DNA of 64,000 nt from Klebsormidium nitens (Eukaryota; Plantae; Klebsormidiophyceae). Below the pieces are notes generated by a model. The model was not told the DNA's origin, did not search any database, and saw nothing but the letters and a program-made list of their open reading frames with translations. This document shows, one piece after another, positions 13,859-41,724 of this stretch. The stretch's first letter is position 1. Every line of letters starts with the position of its first letter. The stretch covers positions 163,355 through 227,354 of the forward strand of contig DF236950.1 in NCBI GenBank assembly GCA_000708835.1, in the 5' to 3' direction. The translations under genes were made by a program, and so were the position numbers.

Positions 13859-15144
13859 CCCTCTGCAAAGGTCACCTTTGGTGTGTCATATGCTTAGCGA
13901 TCGTGCGCTTCTTCTTCTTGCAAACTCGAGATTGGTGCTTGCTCCAGATCTCAAACCACCGGATGCAATATCGCCAAAGAAGGAGTATAACTACGCAAGA
14001 ACCTCAAAGGAGATCAAAACCTGCGTTTCTCTAGGGGCTAGCTGGAGCTTTTGATGAAGCTATGCCCTTCAACTACACAACCTACTAGTCTAGAGCTCAA
14101 ATAACGATAATGCGGCGCACTTGCAACAAATCGCGACCCAGCCTGCCAACTCTCGAGTCTCGTTGCCCGCCTGGAACGATATTGCAATTTGCAGGCGGGC
14201 CCCAGCTCTGTAGCCTCTCTCTGACCACCTCTCTGACTCCCGAGTCTGCGGGGCCGCATCTCGCCCTAGCTAGCTCTTCAAGTTTGCTGTGCACAGTCCA
14301 GTGTGCACACTGCACAGTACCGTACTGACTCCTGAGTACTGAGTGCACTGGTGACATCAGAGTCGCCTGCCAAATTCAGTGGGCTCGGCTCAGCATGACG
14401 ACATTCCCCCGATGAATGGCAAATGTCCAGAATGTCCCCGGGGTACCTCTTCTGACACTATTACATGCTGCTCATATTGCAAGGAGAAAGCGTACACTCA
14501 TTGGTGTAGAGCACCGTGTGACGGCATTGGGTTCCTCATCGGCCGGGGCAAGCTTTGGGCTTTGGGCCCACGAATCCCGATTGGGATTCTGCTTCTGTGC
14601 TTCCGTAAAAGTTGCAGCCAATGAAGAAGCAACATTTGATGCACGTGTCAAGGCTTTGCCATTTTCGCCCGTACAACGTGCTTCCATCGTACACGTGGTC
14701 AAGATCTGCGGGTTCCAACTTCCGAGCAGTTCCGGCTGTGCAGATTTTGTTCCGGTTGCCGGATCCCGGATCTCAAACCTCCAACCCCCATATAGCGCTA
14801 GGGTGACCGGATCGCGGCCACGGCCGCGTTTCGCTAAAAGCGCGCTGCGCGCGTAAATGTCGAAGCTTCGAGCATGGCATGCATGATGCATTGATGCAGC
14901 CTGCACTGCAAGCCACGCCGTCGCCATTGGCATTGCCTTGCGATGGCTGCCGCAGACTTTGAAAACACAAGGAATGCGCCACGAGGAGATCTTTCGTCTC
15001 ACGAGGAATTGGTCAGAGGCGACAAATTCTTCTCCATTGGTGCATTCTGGTCTGAAGTTTAGGAGGGAGGGACGATATGAGCTACTAACGGGCACCTGAC
15101 AGAAAACCAGCTCAAAGCAGAGCGGCATGCATCCAACGCAGCCA

Positions 15145-32371
<17,227 letters not shown>

Positions 32372-33002
32372 CACGTGGCGGGGTATGGTTCGTTTCGTAT
32401 GTGATTAGCAGAGCCTCATTGAGGAATTTTGTGCTGTAGAGTACTGGGCTCGAGTCCATCTATCTAGTTGTGACCTGCCTCGTCGAGGCTTTAGCCCGAA
32501 CGGCTTCAGGCGACAAACACATTATTTGTTCAGGTCTTGGGTACGAGTCTACATTATCTTTGTTACCGACCATCATTCTGATCCGAAGAGTGTCCCTAAT
32601 ATCTGTGCGGAGTACGTTTAAGATTGCCGTATCAAGCTCCCATTCCATCAACAGCTTCTATAGTACCACTGGACTGCATCTTCCCATGGTCTGAACGTAT
32701 GAACATCTCTTGGTTCACACGATTTTAGACATTGCCTTCTGCATGGCTGCCATGAACGATTCTAGACTCCACATGCTTAAAAGGATTCGTGCGACGCAGA
32801 TTTCGTGCTAGGATCACACGCGAACTTAATCCTAGGTTTCGTGCGGACCAGCTAGAGTGAATCAGATCACCATGCCATGTTGCAGCTGCAGCCCGGGCAT
32901 GTGCCAAAGATCTCAGTACACAGATTATACCCATCCCTAATTCTATAGCTCGTTGCAAAAGTGGTCATATGTGTGAAGCTAGACACTTGTACGATCCGAT
33001 CA

Positions 33003-33049
33003 CACGGGGCAGTTATGGTGCTTTTCAGCCCGGGGGGAAATCGCGGCAG
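33003..33049 (+). repeat. Left terminal inverted repeat
   Basis: CACGGGGCAGTTATGGTGCTTTTCAGCCCGGGGGGAAATCGCGGCAG; pairs with 41678-41724. Confidence 0.85.
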
Positions 33050-33738
33050 GTTCCGCGCGCAAACCGTGCAAATATCGCACGAATAATTACTTGCCGGTGC
33101 GCCGTGCTCCCGCCAGTACTGCGCCCGAACTTTTGATGCGGCGCGCAGAATTGCCGGGGAAATGGGGCAAAATTCGGCCGAAACCGCGCCGGTTCCGACG
33201 ATTGCAATTTCCTAGGAAGTAGTTTCGTACCGAAAACCACCTGCTTTCAGCCTCGTAACATGCAGGCGAGAATGCCCGTAATGTTACTGACGGGTGACAA
33301 ACACTGCGAACTTCGAGGAGTGTTCGGGCCAAATTGACAAATTTACACTGCCCAGTAAAGGCTACGGACCTACAGTACCTATGGTAGTACCGTACGTAGC
33401 TTTGCGCTAGCCTAGGCAGCTAGGTAGGTACCGTAGGCCTGGTACCTCGCTTCCAGGTAGGTACGCGGGCCACAGGCAGTACCGTACCTACCTAGGTACT
33501 AGTACTAGGTACCTACATATTACCTACCTTATGAACCGGTCGATGCTTTGAAATCTGGGGACCGTTGGATTCACCGGGCGGCCCGTCAGTATGGGTAAGT
33601 GGCTTGAGGAAGGTCCCGGGCGGGACGGATCTTGTAAGTTACGTACTACGGTACGTACCGGCTCTGTTCTTAAAGTCCTATGTTGGGACCCCCCTTCCGG
33701 CCTAGTGGAATGTGCCCCCACCTTCGACCACCTTCGAC

Positions 33739-36700
33739 ATGATGGAACCGAAGTGTCAATTGACCATCTTCCCACGAAATTCAAGAAGAATAGTGGTTCA
33801 CCACCAAAGCTATTATAAAGAAGAATGGCTCAACTTTCTTGACAAAAGCTTAGGAGAATGCTTTGCAAATCTCAGCTTGTGTTGTCGATATCAAGATGGA
33901 CCTACTGTATAAGTTTCCCACATACATGTCTCTTAAATTTGCAGTTCTATAGCCATCTTTTGAGGCCTTTTTTAGGGCAATCAAGAGTGAGGGGGCTAGA
34001 CTGCGAGCATGCGAGCCGTGGATAGGGGTGGCCCTGTTTCCAGCCGTCCGATATGGAGCACTGACCCCCGAGGTCCTAGACATCTGGATACACGAAGGCA
34101 GTCTCAAATGGGGCTTGAAGAACAACGATCTGCGTGGGCAGCGCGTGAAGCGCGTCGTCGTGGGCCTCGACAGGCTGCGCAGCTTAGTGAACACAGATTT
34201 GCGGAGTACAGCGCGTGGGTGCCTTAAAGGCCAGGACAATGCAAATTACTTCAATGCCCGCCTGCGCTGCCATCTAGCGAACCAGCGTGTCGAGTTCTCA
34301 GAAGCGAAGCTGCTGGTCAAGGGTAAAGAACAGACGAGGGTCAGCGTTCTGGTCCTGCCAGACGGCACTCCCCCGCTGCTGACGGGCGCGGTCTTGAGCC
34401 CACTGCTGTTTCTGAACTGGCGTGCGCGCCCCGTGCACACAGCGGAGCCGTCGGGCAAGAAGGCCAAGACCTGCAAAGCACCAGATCAGGTAAGCTTCTG
34501 AGCTGGACACACACTGCAGTGCGCGCAACTCAAGCGCGATGGTTTGCAATGCAGGCTGAGACGATCTTTGATCGCGTCTCAAGAAGCTGCTGCTGTGTTA
34601 GAATGCTCATGCTCTGCTCTCAAACTAGGCAGTGTTGCATTACCACTGGTCATTTTCAATCATGCTAGCTTTGGATCGTTGGAACCAATGTGCATTTGCT
34701 CGCTGCATTGTAGGCGCGCTCTGCGGCAGCTCCCATGGAGCAGAACTTGGGCGCCGGAGCGGCCCCGGCCTTGGAGAGGCCGCCCTNNNNNNNNNNNNNN
34801 NNNNNNNNNNNNNNNNNNNNNNNNNNNNNNNNNNNNNNNNNNNNNNNNNNNNNNNNNNNNNNNNNNNNNNNNNNNNNNNNNNNNNNNNNNNNNNNNNNNN
34901 NNNNNNNNNNNNNNNNNNNNNNNNNNNNNNNNNNNNNNNNNNNNNNNNNNNNNNNNNNNNNNNNNNNNNNNNNNNNNNNNNNNNNNNNNNNNNNNNNNNN
35001 NNNNNNNNNNNNNNNNNNNNNNNNNNNNNNNNNNNNNNNNNNNNNNNNNNNNNNNNNNNNNNNNNNNNNNNNNNNNNNNNNNNNNNNNNNNNNNNNNNNN
35101 NNNNNNNNNNNNNNNNNNNNNNNNNNNNNNNNNNNNNNNNNNNNNNNNNNNNNNNNNNNNNNNNNNNNNNNNNNNNNNNNNNNNNNNNNNNNNNNNNNNN
35201 NNNNNNNNNNNNNNNNNNNNNNNNNNNNNNNNNNNNNNNNNNNNNNNNNNNNNNNNNNNNNNNNNNNNNNNNNNNNNNNNNNNNNNNNNNNNNNNNNNNN
35301 NNNNNNNNNNNNNNNNNNNNNNNNNNNNNTTGGAGAGGCCGCCCTCGCCTCTCGTCGCCGTGCCATTCTCCCCGGGGTACCAAGCTGCCGCCGTGCTCTC
35401 CGGGGTGGCGCCTCAGTTGCTCGAGACCCCGGTGCGCCCATTCTGTGCATTGAAAGCTTCTGCAAAGTTGAACTGCCATCTTCGTTGCTCCACTCAAAAT
35501 AGCCACCTGCTTTTCTGCAGTGCGTCGAGCTGATGCGGTGAGCGACGCTTGCAATCAGAGCAGCACATGTGACACAGCTTTTGCAGGGACTCCTCTGATC
35601 ATGCATGTTTTGCTGGCACGCAGGGGATTGGCGCCTTGGGTCTAGAAGCACCTGTGCAGGCCGGCCCGGCGGGAGGTATGGTAGCCATGCTCACCGGTGA
35701 CGCCTCCCCTTTGCACGAACCCCCGGCTTTCTCCCCCATCGACGACCCAATGCCGGACAGCCCGCCGATCGCGGTGAGCTAGCCTACATGAGCACTTCGG
35801 AATCATCAGGAGCACGATGGTATATGTGAAGGTTGCGAATGCTGTTGATGTGACGTTGCGCCTGTGTCTAGCAGTGACTCGCCCGGTCAATTGAAATTTG
35901 TGTGAAACTTAGAGACCTCATTGTGTGCTCTTTGGCAAATGCAGGCGCCCCTGGACTTGCTGCAGACTGCCACCCTCGAGACTGCGGCGACGATGGCTTT
36001 TTACGCGACATCTGCCAAGGAGCTGCCTGGCCCTTCTGTGGATCCTGGCAAGGTCAGCATTCGTGCCGGAAGCCCTAGAAGGTGCTTGGATTGATGCAGT
36101 CTAGCGGCTTCTGGCAATTGTCCGTGCCAAACGTTAGCTGCGTGCTTGCTTCAAGCTCGACAACTCTTCCAAGTACAGCCAAGGAGCGCTGAGCACTGCT
36201 CTTCATGTGTGCAACGCACTGATCTGGCGACAGCGGATCACACAACTGTGCATGCCCATCTCAGTGTGCGAACTCTATGTTTGCAGCCTCAGAGCTTTGG
36301 CCAGGGCCCCGAAGCGACTATCCCCATCCTAGGCAGCGACCCGCCCGTTTCCATCTCTTTCCGAACCTCCAAGTGGTACACGGCGAACGTCGAGGTCCTG
36401 CAGGATCCGGACTGCCCGCAGAAGAAGAGGTAGGTGCTGACAGCCTTGCAGCTTNNNNNNNNNNNNNNNNNNNNNNNNNNNNNNNNNNNNNNNNNNNNNN
36501 NNNNNNNNNNNNNNNNNNNNNNNNNNNNNNNNNNNNNNNNNNNNNNNNNNNNNNNNNNNNNNNNNNNNNNNNNNNNNNNNNNNNNNNNNNNNNNNNNNNN
36601 NNNNNNNNNNNNNNNNNNNNNNNNNNNNNNNNNNNNNNNNNNNNNNNNNNNNNNNNNNNNNNNNNNNNNNNNNNNNNNNNNNNNNNNNNNNNNNNNNNNN

Positions 36701-39700
36701 NNNNNNNNNNNNNNNNNNNNNNNNNNNNNNNNNNNNNNNNNNNNNNNNNNNNNNNNNNNNNNNNNNNNNNNNNNNNNNNNNNNNNNNNNNNNNNNNNNNN
36801 NNNNNNNNNNNNNNNNNNNNNNNNNNNNNNNNNNNNNNNNNNNNNNNNNNNNNNNNNNNNNNNNNNNNNNNNNNNNNNNNNNNNNNNNNNNNNNNNNNNN
36901 NNNNNNNNNNNNNNNNNNNNNNNNNNNNNNNNNNNNNNNNNNNNNNNNNNNNNNNNNNNNNNNNNNNNNNNNNNNNNNNNNNNNNNNNNNNNNNNNNNNN
37001 NNNNNNNNNNNNNNNNNNNNNNNNNNNNNNNNNNNNNNNNNNNNNNNNNNNNNNNNNNNNNNNNNNNNNNNNNNNNNNNNNNNNNNNNNNNNNNNNNNNN
37101 NNNNCTATACGTGGCACTCATCGGACGGTGCCAGCCCCAGCCAGCGGAAAGTTCGGGACCCCGAAATGTACCTAGTTAAAGTGCGCTTTTTGACAACGGG
37201 ATGGTCAATGTAGTGTCCGACTGCGCTGCCTTGTGGCACGTTCCAGGCAATGCAGCTGAGGGGCCAAGTGGATGCTGATCCTGCCATTCAATTGATATCG
37301 TGATCCTAGGTCCAGCATGTGCCTGCGTACGGCCCGCTGACAGAAGGCCGCCGTTTTCTGTGCAGCGTCAGGGGCGACCATCTTGCGGACCTGTCCAACG
37401 ACATTCTGCTCTGCATGAAAGGCAAGCCGGTCGGCAAACACGTCGTCTCCGTCAAGGAGAGGCCCTCTGTGGACGGCGGCGGCGAGAAGTTCATCGAGCA
37501 CTTCGCGGAGCAGCACATGGGCGCCAGTGTCACGCACTCGGCTGGCGATCTTCTGAACGGGCTCTGGTGGGGCCCCAAGGGGCCGCGGGAGGGGGCCAAG
37601 TTCGTTGTCGACGTGCAGAACGTGGCCCGTGTGGGTGCTTCCAAGGAGTACGGCCAGCCGCTCGGCCCCTACTTCAAGGACGTGGATGCGGCCTTGTTCC
37701 TGCCGCCGGAGATCATGGACGCGCTGGTCGTAATCTACCGCATGATTGCGGGGGACGACGACCTGTTGCGCTTCCACCCCCCGCTCCTGGGGGTTGCAGG
37801 CGACCGGGTGAGTTACTGAGAGCTCTGTGTGCCTGGACGGATCATTCAAATGGACAGCCACTTCGACTCGAGCCCTGCTTGCGACTCGCCTCGACCGGCG
37901 GCGTGCACATGTTAGACTCTTTGTCTCGAAGCAGCTCTGCTATTTGTGCTTCCAGTGGCGAGGCTCGAGCAAGCTTTGCTCTGTCTGCCCGACTGCGCTG
38001 CTTTGTCGTACAAGCGCAAATTGTGCAATCAGGACCCCGAGCTGAATCTTGTCGTCTTGTCCTGCGTCGGCTGCAGATCCTGCTGTACTTGCCGGGCTTC
38101 CTCAGCATCGCCATCTTCCATTGCGAGGAGTGGATGTTCAAGGCGTACAACCCGAGCCTGTGCGACGTTCTGGGGCCGATGCTGAAGCGAGCCGAGGAGG
38201 ACGTCTCCGTGTGGACCTTTCTGGAGACCACCGACACCGAGGTGCTGGCGCGCATCGCGCGGGATGCGGCTCCCATCATGGGCATGTCCAAGGAACGGTC
38301 GTCTCTCGAGGCGTTCTGCCACGACAAGGACCGCATGCTGAAGGTAAGCGCACGGTGCCTATCAATGTTGTTGCTCAGCACTAGACAAGGTCTCAGAGCT
38401 CTGCAAAGGATTTCTCATGCTTCCAAGCCTGCGGTCTGTGGACTGAGGTTCGTTCAAAGCAGCACGCCGATCCTGATCTCGAGCGCAGAGACACACTGAA
38501 ACATCGCGGCCCGCTTTTGCCCATTGCAGAAGTTCCGAGGTCGACGCTGCCATTGAGAAGGTTGCACCCGAGCAGGCACCGCGCCCAACTCGGAAGGGCA
38601 GGAGCAAGCAGGCGGCCGCGTCGAGGCGCTCTGTGCTTGGCGACGTCCCGCTCCGCGTCGTGGTCCAGAGGGTGATGGAGATCATCGACACCAACGTCCC
38701 GCACGCTGTCTTTATTCTGGGGGGCCTGCGTGTCAGCTGCAACCACGCGACCCCGCAGCACATCGAGATCTTCGGGCTGAAGCACCGCTACACGATCCGC
38801 AGTCAGCGGCAGGAGGTACGGCTCGAAGTCCTGAGCAAGTGCTGCGATTGCGTTGCGGCCATAATGTGCTCCCTTGAAGCGATTTGCTTTCTGCCCGCAG
38901 CCTAATCTCGCTTTGTCGCCTCGGATCGATCTTAGGCTGCACTCGACTTGCTGGCCAAAGTTATGAGTCCTGATCACAAGTCTTCTGAAAGGCTTAAGAA
39001 AGTCCCCAGCGCTGCGTCACTGTGGGAGGTGAAACAAGTGGGTTGCAAGAGCTTTGTCGTGCAGCACTTGACCCTTCAAATTCGTCATATGCAGGCCTTC
39101 AAGAACACTTACAGCCCAGACCCCGGTCGACAAGCTGCTGCCAAAGTTCCACATGGAGAACAAAACGTTCTTCATCCTGTTGAAGGCGCTGCTCAACGCG
39201 ATGGACCGCAAGCATGTCTGGAAGGCTCGGGAGGAGTTCGAGGCCTTCGAGCGGCTGGTGCAGATCTACATCGACGACGGCCGCCGCACGCTGGAGCTCG
39301 CTGCAAAGGACCCCGATTTCTATGTGAGGCTGCAGCTGAACTGGACCGAGTCAATCTTGCTCATTAGCCTAAGTTTCGACAACCTTTGACTAGAGTCCCT
39401 TGGCATTCAGAAGGTGGCAACAATGAGCACTGTGATAAGCGTCTGAGGCGGCGAGCCACGTCTGCGATTGTCGATGCTTGTGGTTTTTAATCGCATGTCG
39501 TCACGAGCCGGCCTGAATCGTTTTAAATGGAACTTGCCACTCGGACCTTCATCTGGAGCTTGAGGGTTGCAAGATTTTGCACTACTCAGCTATTGTGCAA
39601 AACCGCTTTTGCGCTTACACAGCTAAATTCCGAGCATCGTGTTGTTGTCGGCTGCAGGAGATCGTCGAGCCGCTCGTCGCGGCGCTGGAGCGAGCGCGGT

Positions 39701-40035
39701 TGCCCATCGACACATGCGACGATTTTGTCAACTTCTCGCGCACGTACCTCTGCAACATCTGCGGCTTCGACATCCAGCACATGAAGTCGGTGTTCAACTT
39801 GGACATCTCGGACCCCGAGCCGCCGGAGTTTGAGGGCGGGCCCGAGGACCCGGCGCTCTGGGATTTTGACGTGTGCTTTGACTGCATGGAGACAGTTAGG
39901 GATCTAGGTTCGAGGAGGCGGCCGATTACCATACTCCCTAAGAAGGTGCAGTTGGTGGTGTTCTTCGGTCCGGATGTGTTGCAGGCGAAGTTGTCAGAGC
40001 ACAGGCGGATCAATAGCTGCCATTGTGACGCTTGA
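33739..40035 (+). CDS. Divergent JmjC-domain 2-oxoglutarate/Fe(II) dioxygenase (KDM4/KDM5-like fold) with an unknown N-terminal domain and a degenerate C-terminal zinc finger, roughly 900-950 aa
   Basis: Exons: 33739-33906 (tentative), 33953-34489, 34714-35431 (spans a gap), 35660-35773, 35945-36052, 36287-36429, 37366-37807, 38077-38343, ~38489-38815 (acceptor uncertain), 39120-39323, 39658-40035. LLYLPGFLSIAIFHCEEWMFKAYN aligns without gaps to KDM5-type [46 protein letters not shown]..SCNHA aligns to VPVHRCVQ..EFVLTFPRAYHAGF..AVNVA, followed by DKLL. C-terminal CNIC..CFDC. The alignments are by eye. Confidence 0.75.
34787..35330. other. Assembly gap (N run), probably spurious
   Basis: The 15-mer TGGAGAGGCCGCCCT lies on both sides (34772-34786 and 35331-35345). 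Collapsing the overlap gives the continuous frame ALERPPSPLVAV. Confidence 0.8.
36455..37104. other. Assembly gap (N run) inside a predicted intron of the JmjC gene
   Basis: The flanking donor (36430) and acceptor (37365) are phase-compatible. Confidence 0.9.
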
Positions 40036-41228
40036 AACTCAGCGGACTTGCTTGCATTTCATGATAACATTCGGGCCATTGTAATTCGAGCGAGGCAATT
40101 GATGCGCGCAGCACGCGTTTGAAGATCGTCTTAGAACATCGTTCATCGTGGATGCTTGCGTTTATACGACGATCAAAGATGACTAGGGGCTCGATGTGCA
40201 CGCCGTTGTCCTTCATTTCCTATAGCCCGTGGGCACGCACTTTAGTATATTCGATTTAAGCATTGGGATGAGAGTGACACCCAAATGGACGGCTGTGGAT
40301 AGGCCCTGTTGGCCTCGTGGGTGCTACGGAATGCTGTGCGGGCCGTCGGATGAGGAGCCGCGCACCCCAGTGTCGCAATGATACAGCCAGATATTTACGA
40401 TTCGATGCAGTGCGACATGGGTGCGCCTGTGGGTGCAAGAGGCCTCAAGTCGACGGCTCAGATGACTCTGGATACTCGTACGGATTCGGTCGAAGATTCC
40501 CCTGCTGATTTGGGTGATCTTTTGGGTGGACGACTCACGATCGGACGGCCTTCGAAGCGACCTTGCCCGAGTCTGTGCCGTCCGATTTACAATGTAGCAC
40601 CCCAGGGCGGCACCCGAATCTAGCGGCAGAATCCTGACACAAGATCGGGTCGGGTGGACCTTTGGGTGGACGAATCAAAATCGGACGGTCTTAAAATGGT
40701 TGCGTGACTCTGAGCCGTCCGATCGCCAATGTCTCACCCCAGGTCGCAGCCATATCTTGGCACAGAATCCGTACGCAGAATCGCGAACAGCGCGAATTCA
40801 AAACCGAGTTAATCGTTCGATGTGTACACAGTGGTCGAGTACCATAGTCACCGGATTGTGTATTGTACAATCCATGGCGGACCGGTCGATGGTACCAATT
40901 GTACACCATCCATAGCAGAGCAAAATTCTGATTGTACTGCAATTGTTTGTGCAGAGGTTATCAGTCAGAGGCGGAGTGCTTATTCTCTTCTTTATCCACC
41001 AATTTTACTTCATCGGACGACTCAGAATTCTTAGATAGTCATCCGAAGGTACAAACGAGCCCAAAACCCAAGCTTTAGTTGGGTTTTTCTTCAAATTCCA
41101 ATATTTTTGGTGAATATTGGTTCAGCCTACAATCAGGCATACAATCAAGTATCATTTATAAGAGCAGCGCTGATTGTATAAGATTGTACCATCCATGGCC
41201 CGGCCACATACAATCCGGTGACTATCAA

Positions 41229-41468
41229 TAGTATCCCGGGTCCAGGTTTCAGCGCCAGTGTCAATCCGGGGTCAATTTTGACACCGCCCAAAGTTTTACT
41301 TTCGAAGTGGGTCTGGACTTGCAATCTGTGCCAATCGACACTGCAAACGGCGTTCACTAGTATCCCGGGTTCAGGTTTCAGCGCCAGTGTCAATCCGGGG
41401 CCAGTTTTGACACCGCCCAAAGTTTTGCTTCTGAAGTGGGTCTGGACTTGCAATCTGTGCCAATCGAC
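41229..41468. repeat. Direct duplication of 111 bp with a 129-bp period inside the right subterminal region
   Basis: 41229-41339 versus 41358-41468; 6 mismatches, all transitions. Confidence 0.95.
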
Positions 41469-41677
41469 CAATGAGATCGCGCAGAGCTCCAAACGCTCTC
41501 TACGATGAGCCCCCTAAAAATGCTATAAGATGGCAATATTTGGGGCCAAATGACATTTTTTCCGTGGGAATATCCTCCGAAGTACCCACCGAGTCCCCAC
41601 ATCGCCCCGGAGTTCCGCCGGCCGAAAATCACGATATCGACCGAATATGCTACGGCGCGCGCCCGAAATAAATCGGT

Positions 41678-41724
41678 CTGCGGCAAATTTCCGCCGGGCT
41701 AAAAAGCACCGTAACTGTCCCGTG
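41678..41724 (-). repeat. Right terminal inverted repeat
   Basis: Reverse complement CACGGGACAGTTACGGTGCTTTTTAGCCCGGCGGAAATTTGCCGCAG; pairs with 33003-33049. Confidence 0.85.

Larger units (their letters stand above)
33003..41724. mobile_element. Putative non-autonomous CACTA/CMC-superfamily TIR DNA transposon (8722 bp) carrying a JmjC cargo gene
   Basis: Left end CACGGGGCAGTTATGGTGCTTTTCAGCCCGG (from 33003). Reverse complement of right end CACGGGACAGTTACGGTGCTTTTTAGCCCGG (ending 41724). 28/31 identical, 39/47 over the extended alignment. CA lies immediately outside both ends (33001-33002 and 41725-41726), a candidate 2-bp TSD. Subterminal regions are rich in repeats. No transposase seen. 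Confidence 0.8.

Noticed and set aside
14379-14624. Cys-rich short ORF (CPEC..CSYC..HWC) reminiscent of a PHD finger
   Set aside because: The His/Cys spacing is wrong, the final C-x2-C is missing, and there is no convincing splice context. It lies in a divergent promoter.
33360-33530. Possible CRISPR-like or satellite array
   Set aside because: No constant repeat unit or spacer periodicity, and the context is eukaryotic. Treated as a GTAC/CTAG low-complexity cluster.
39658-39900. Calling the cargo gene a KDM3/JMJ24-type protein from its C-x2-C..C-x2-C finger
   Set aside because: The catalytic-core motifs (LY..G..S....H.E, VQ..E..T...H..F, DKLL) follow the KDM4/KDM5 pattern rather than KDM3.
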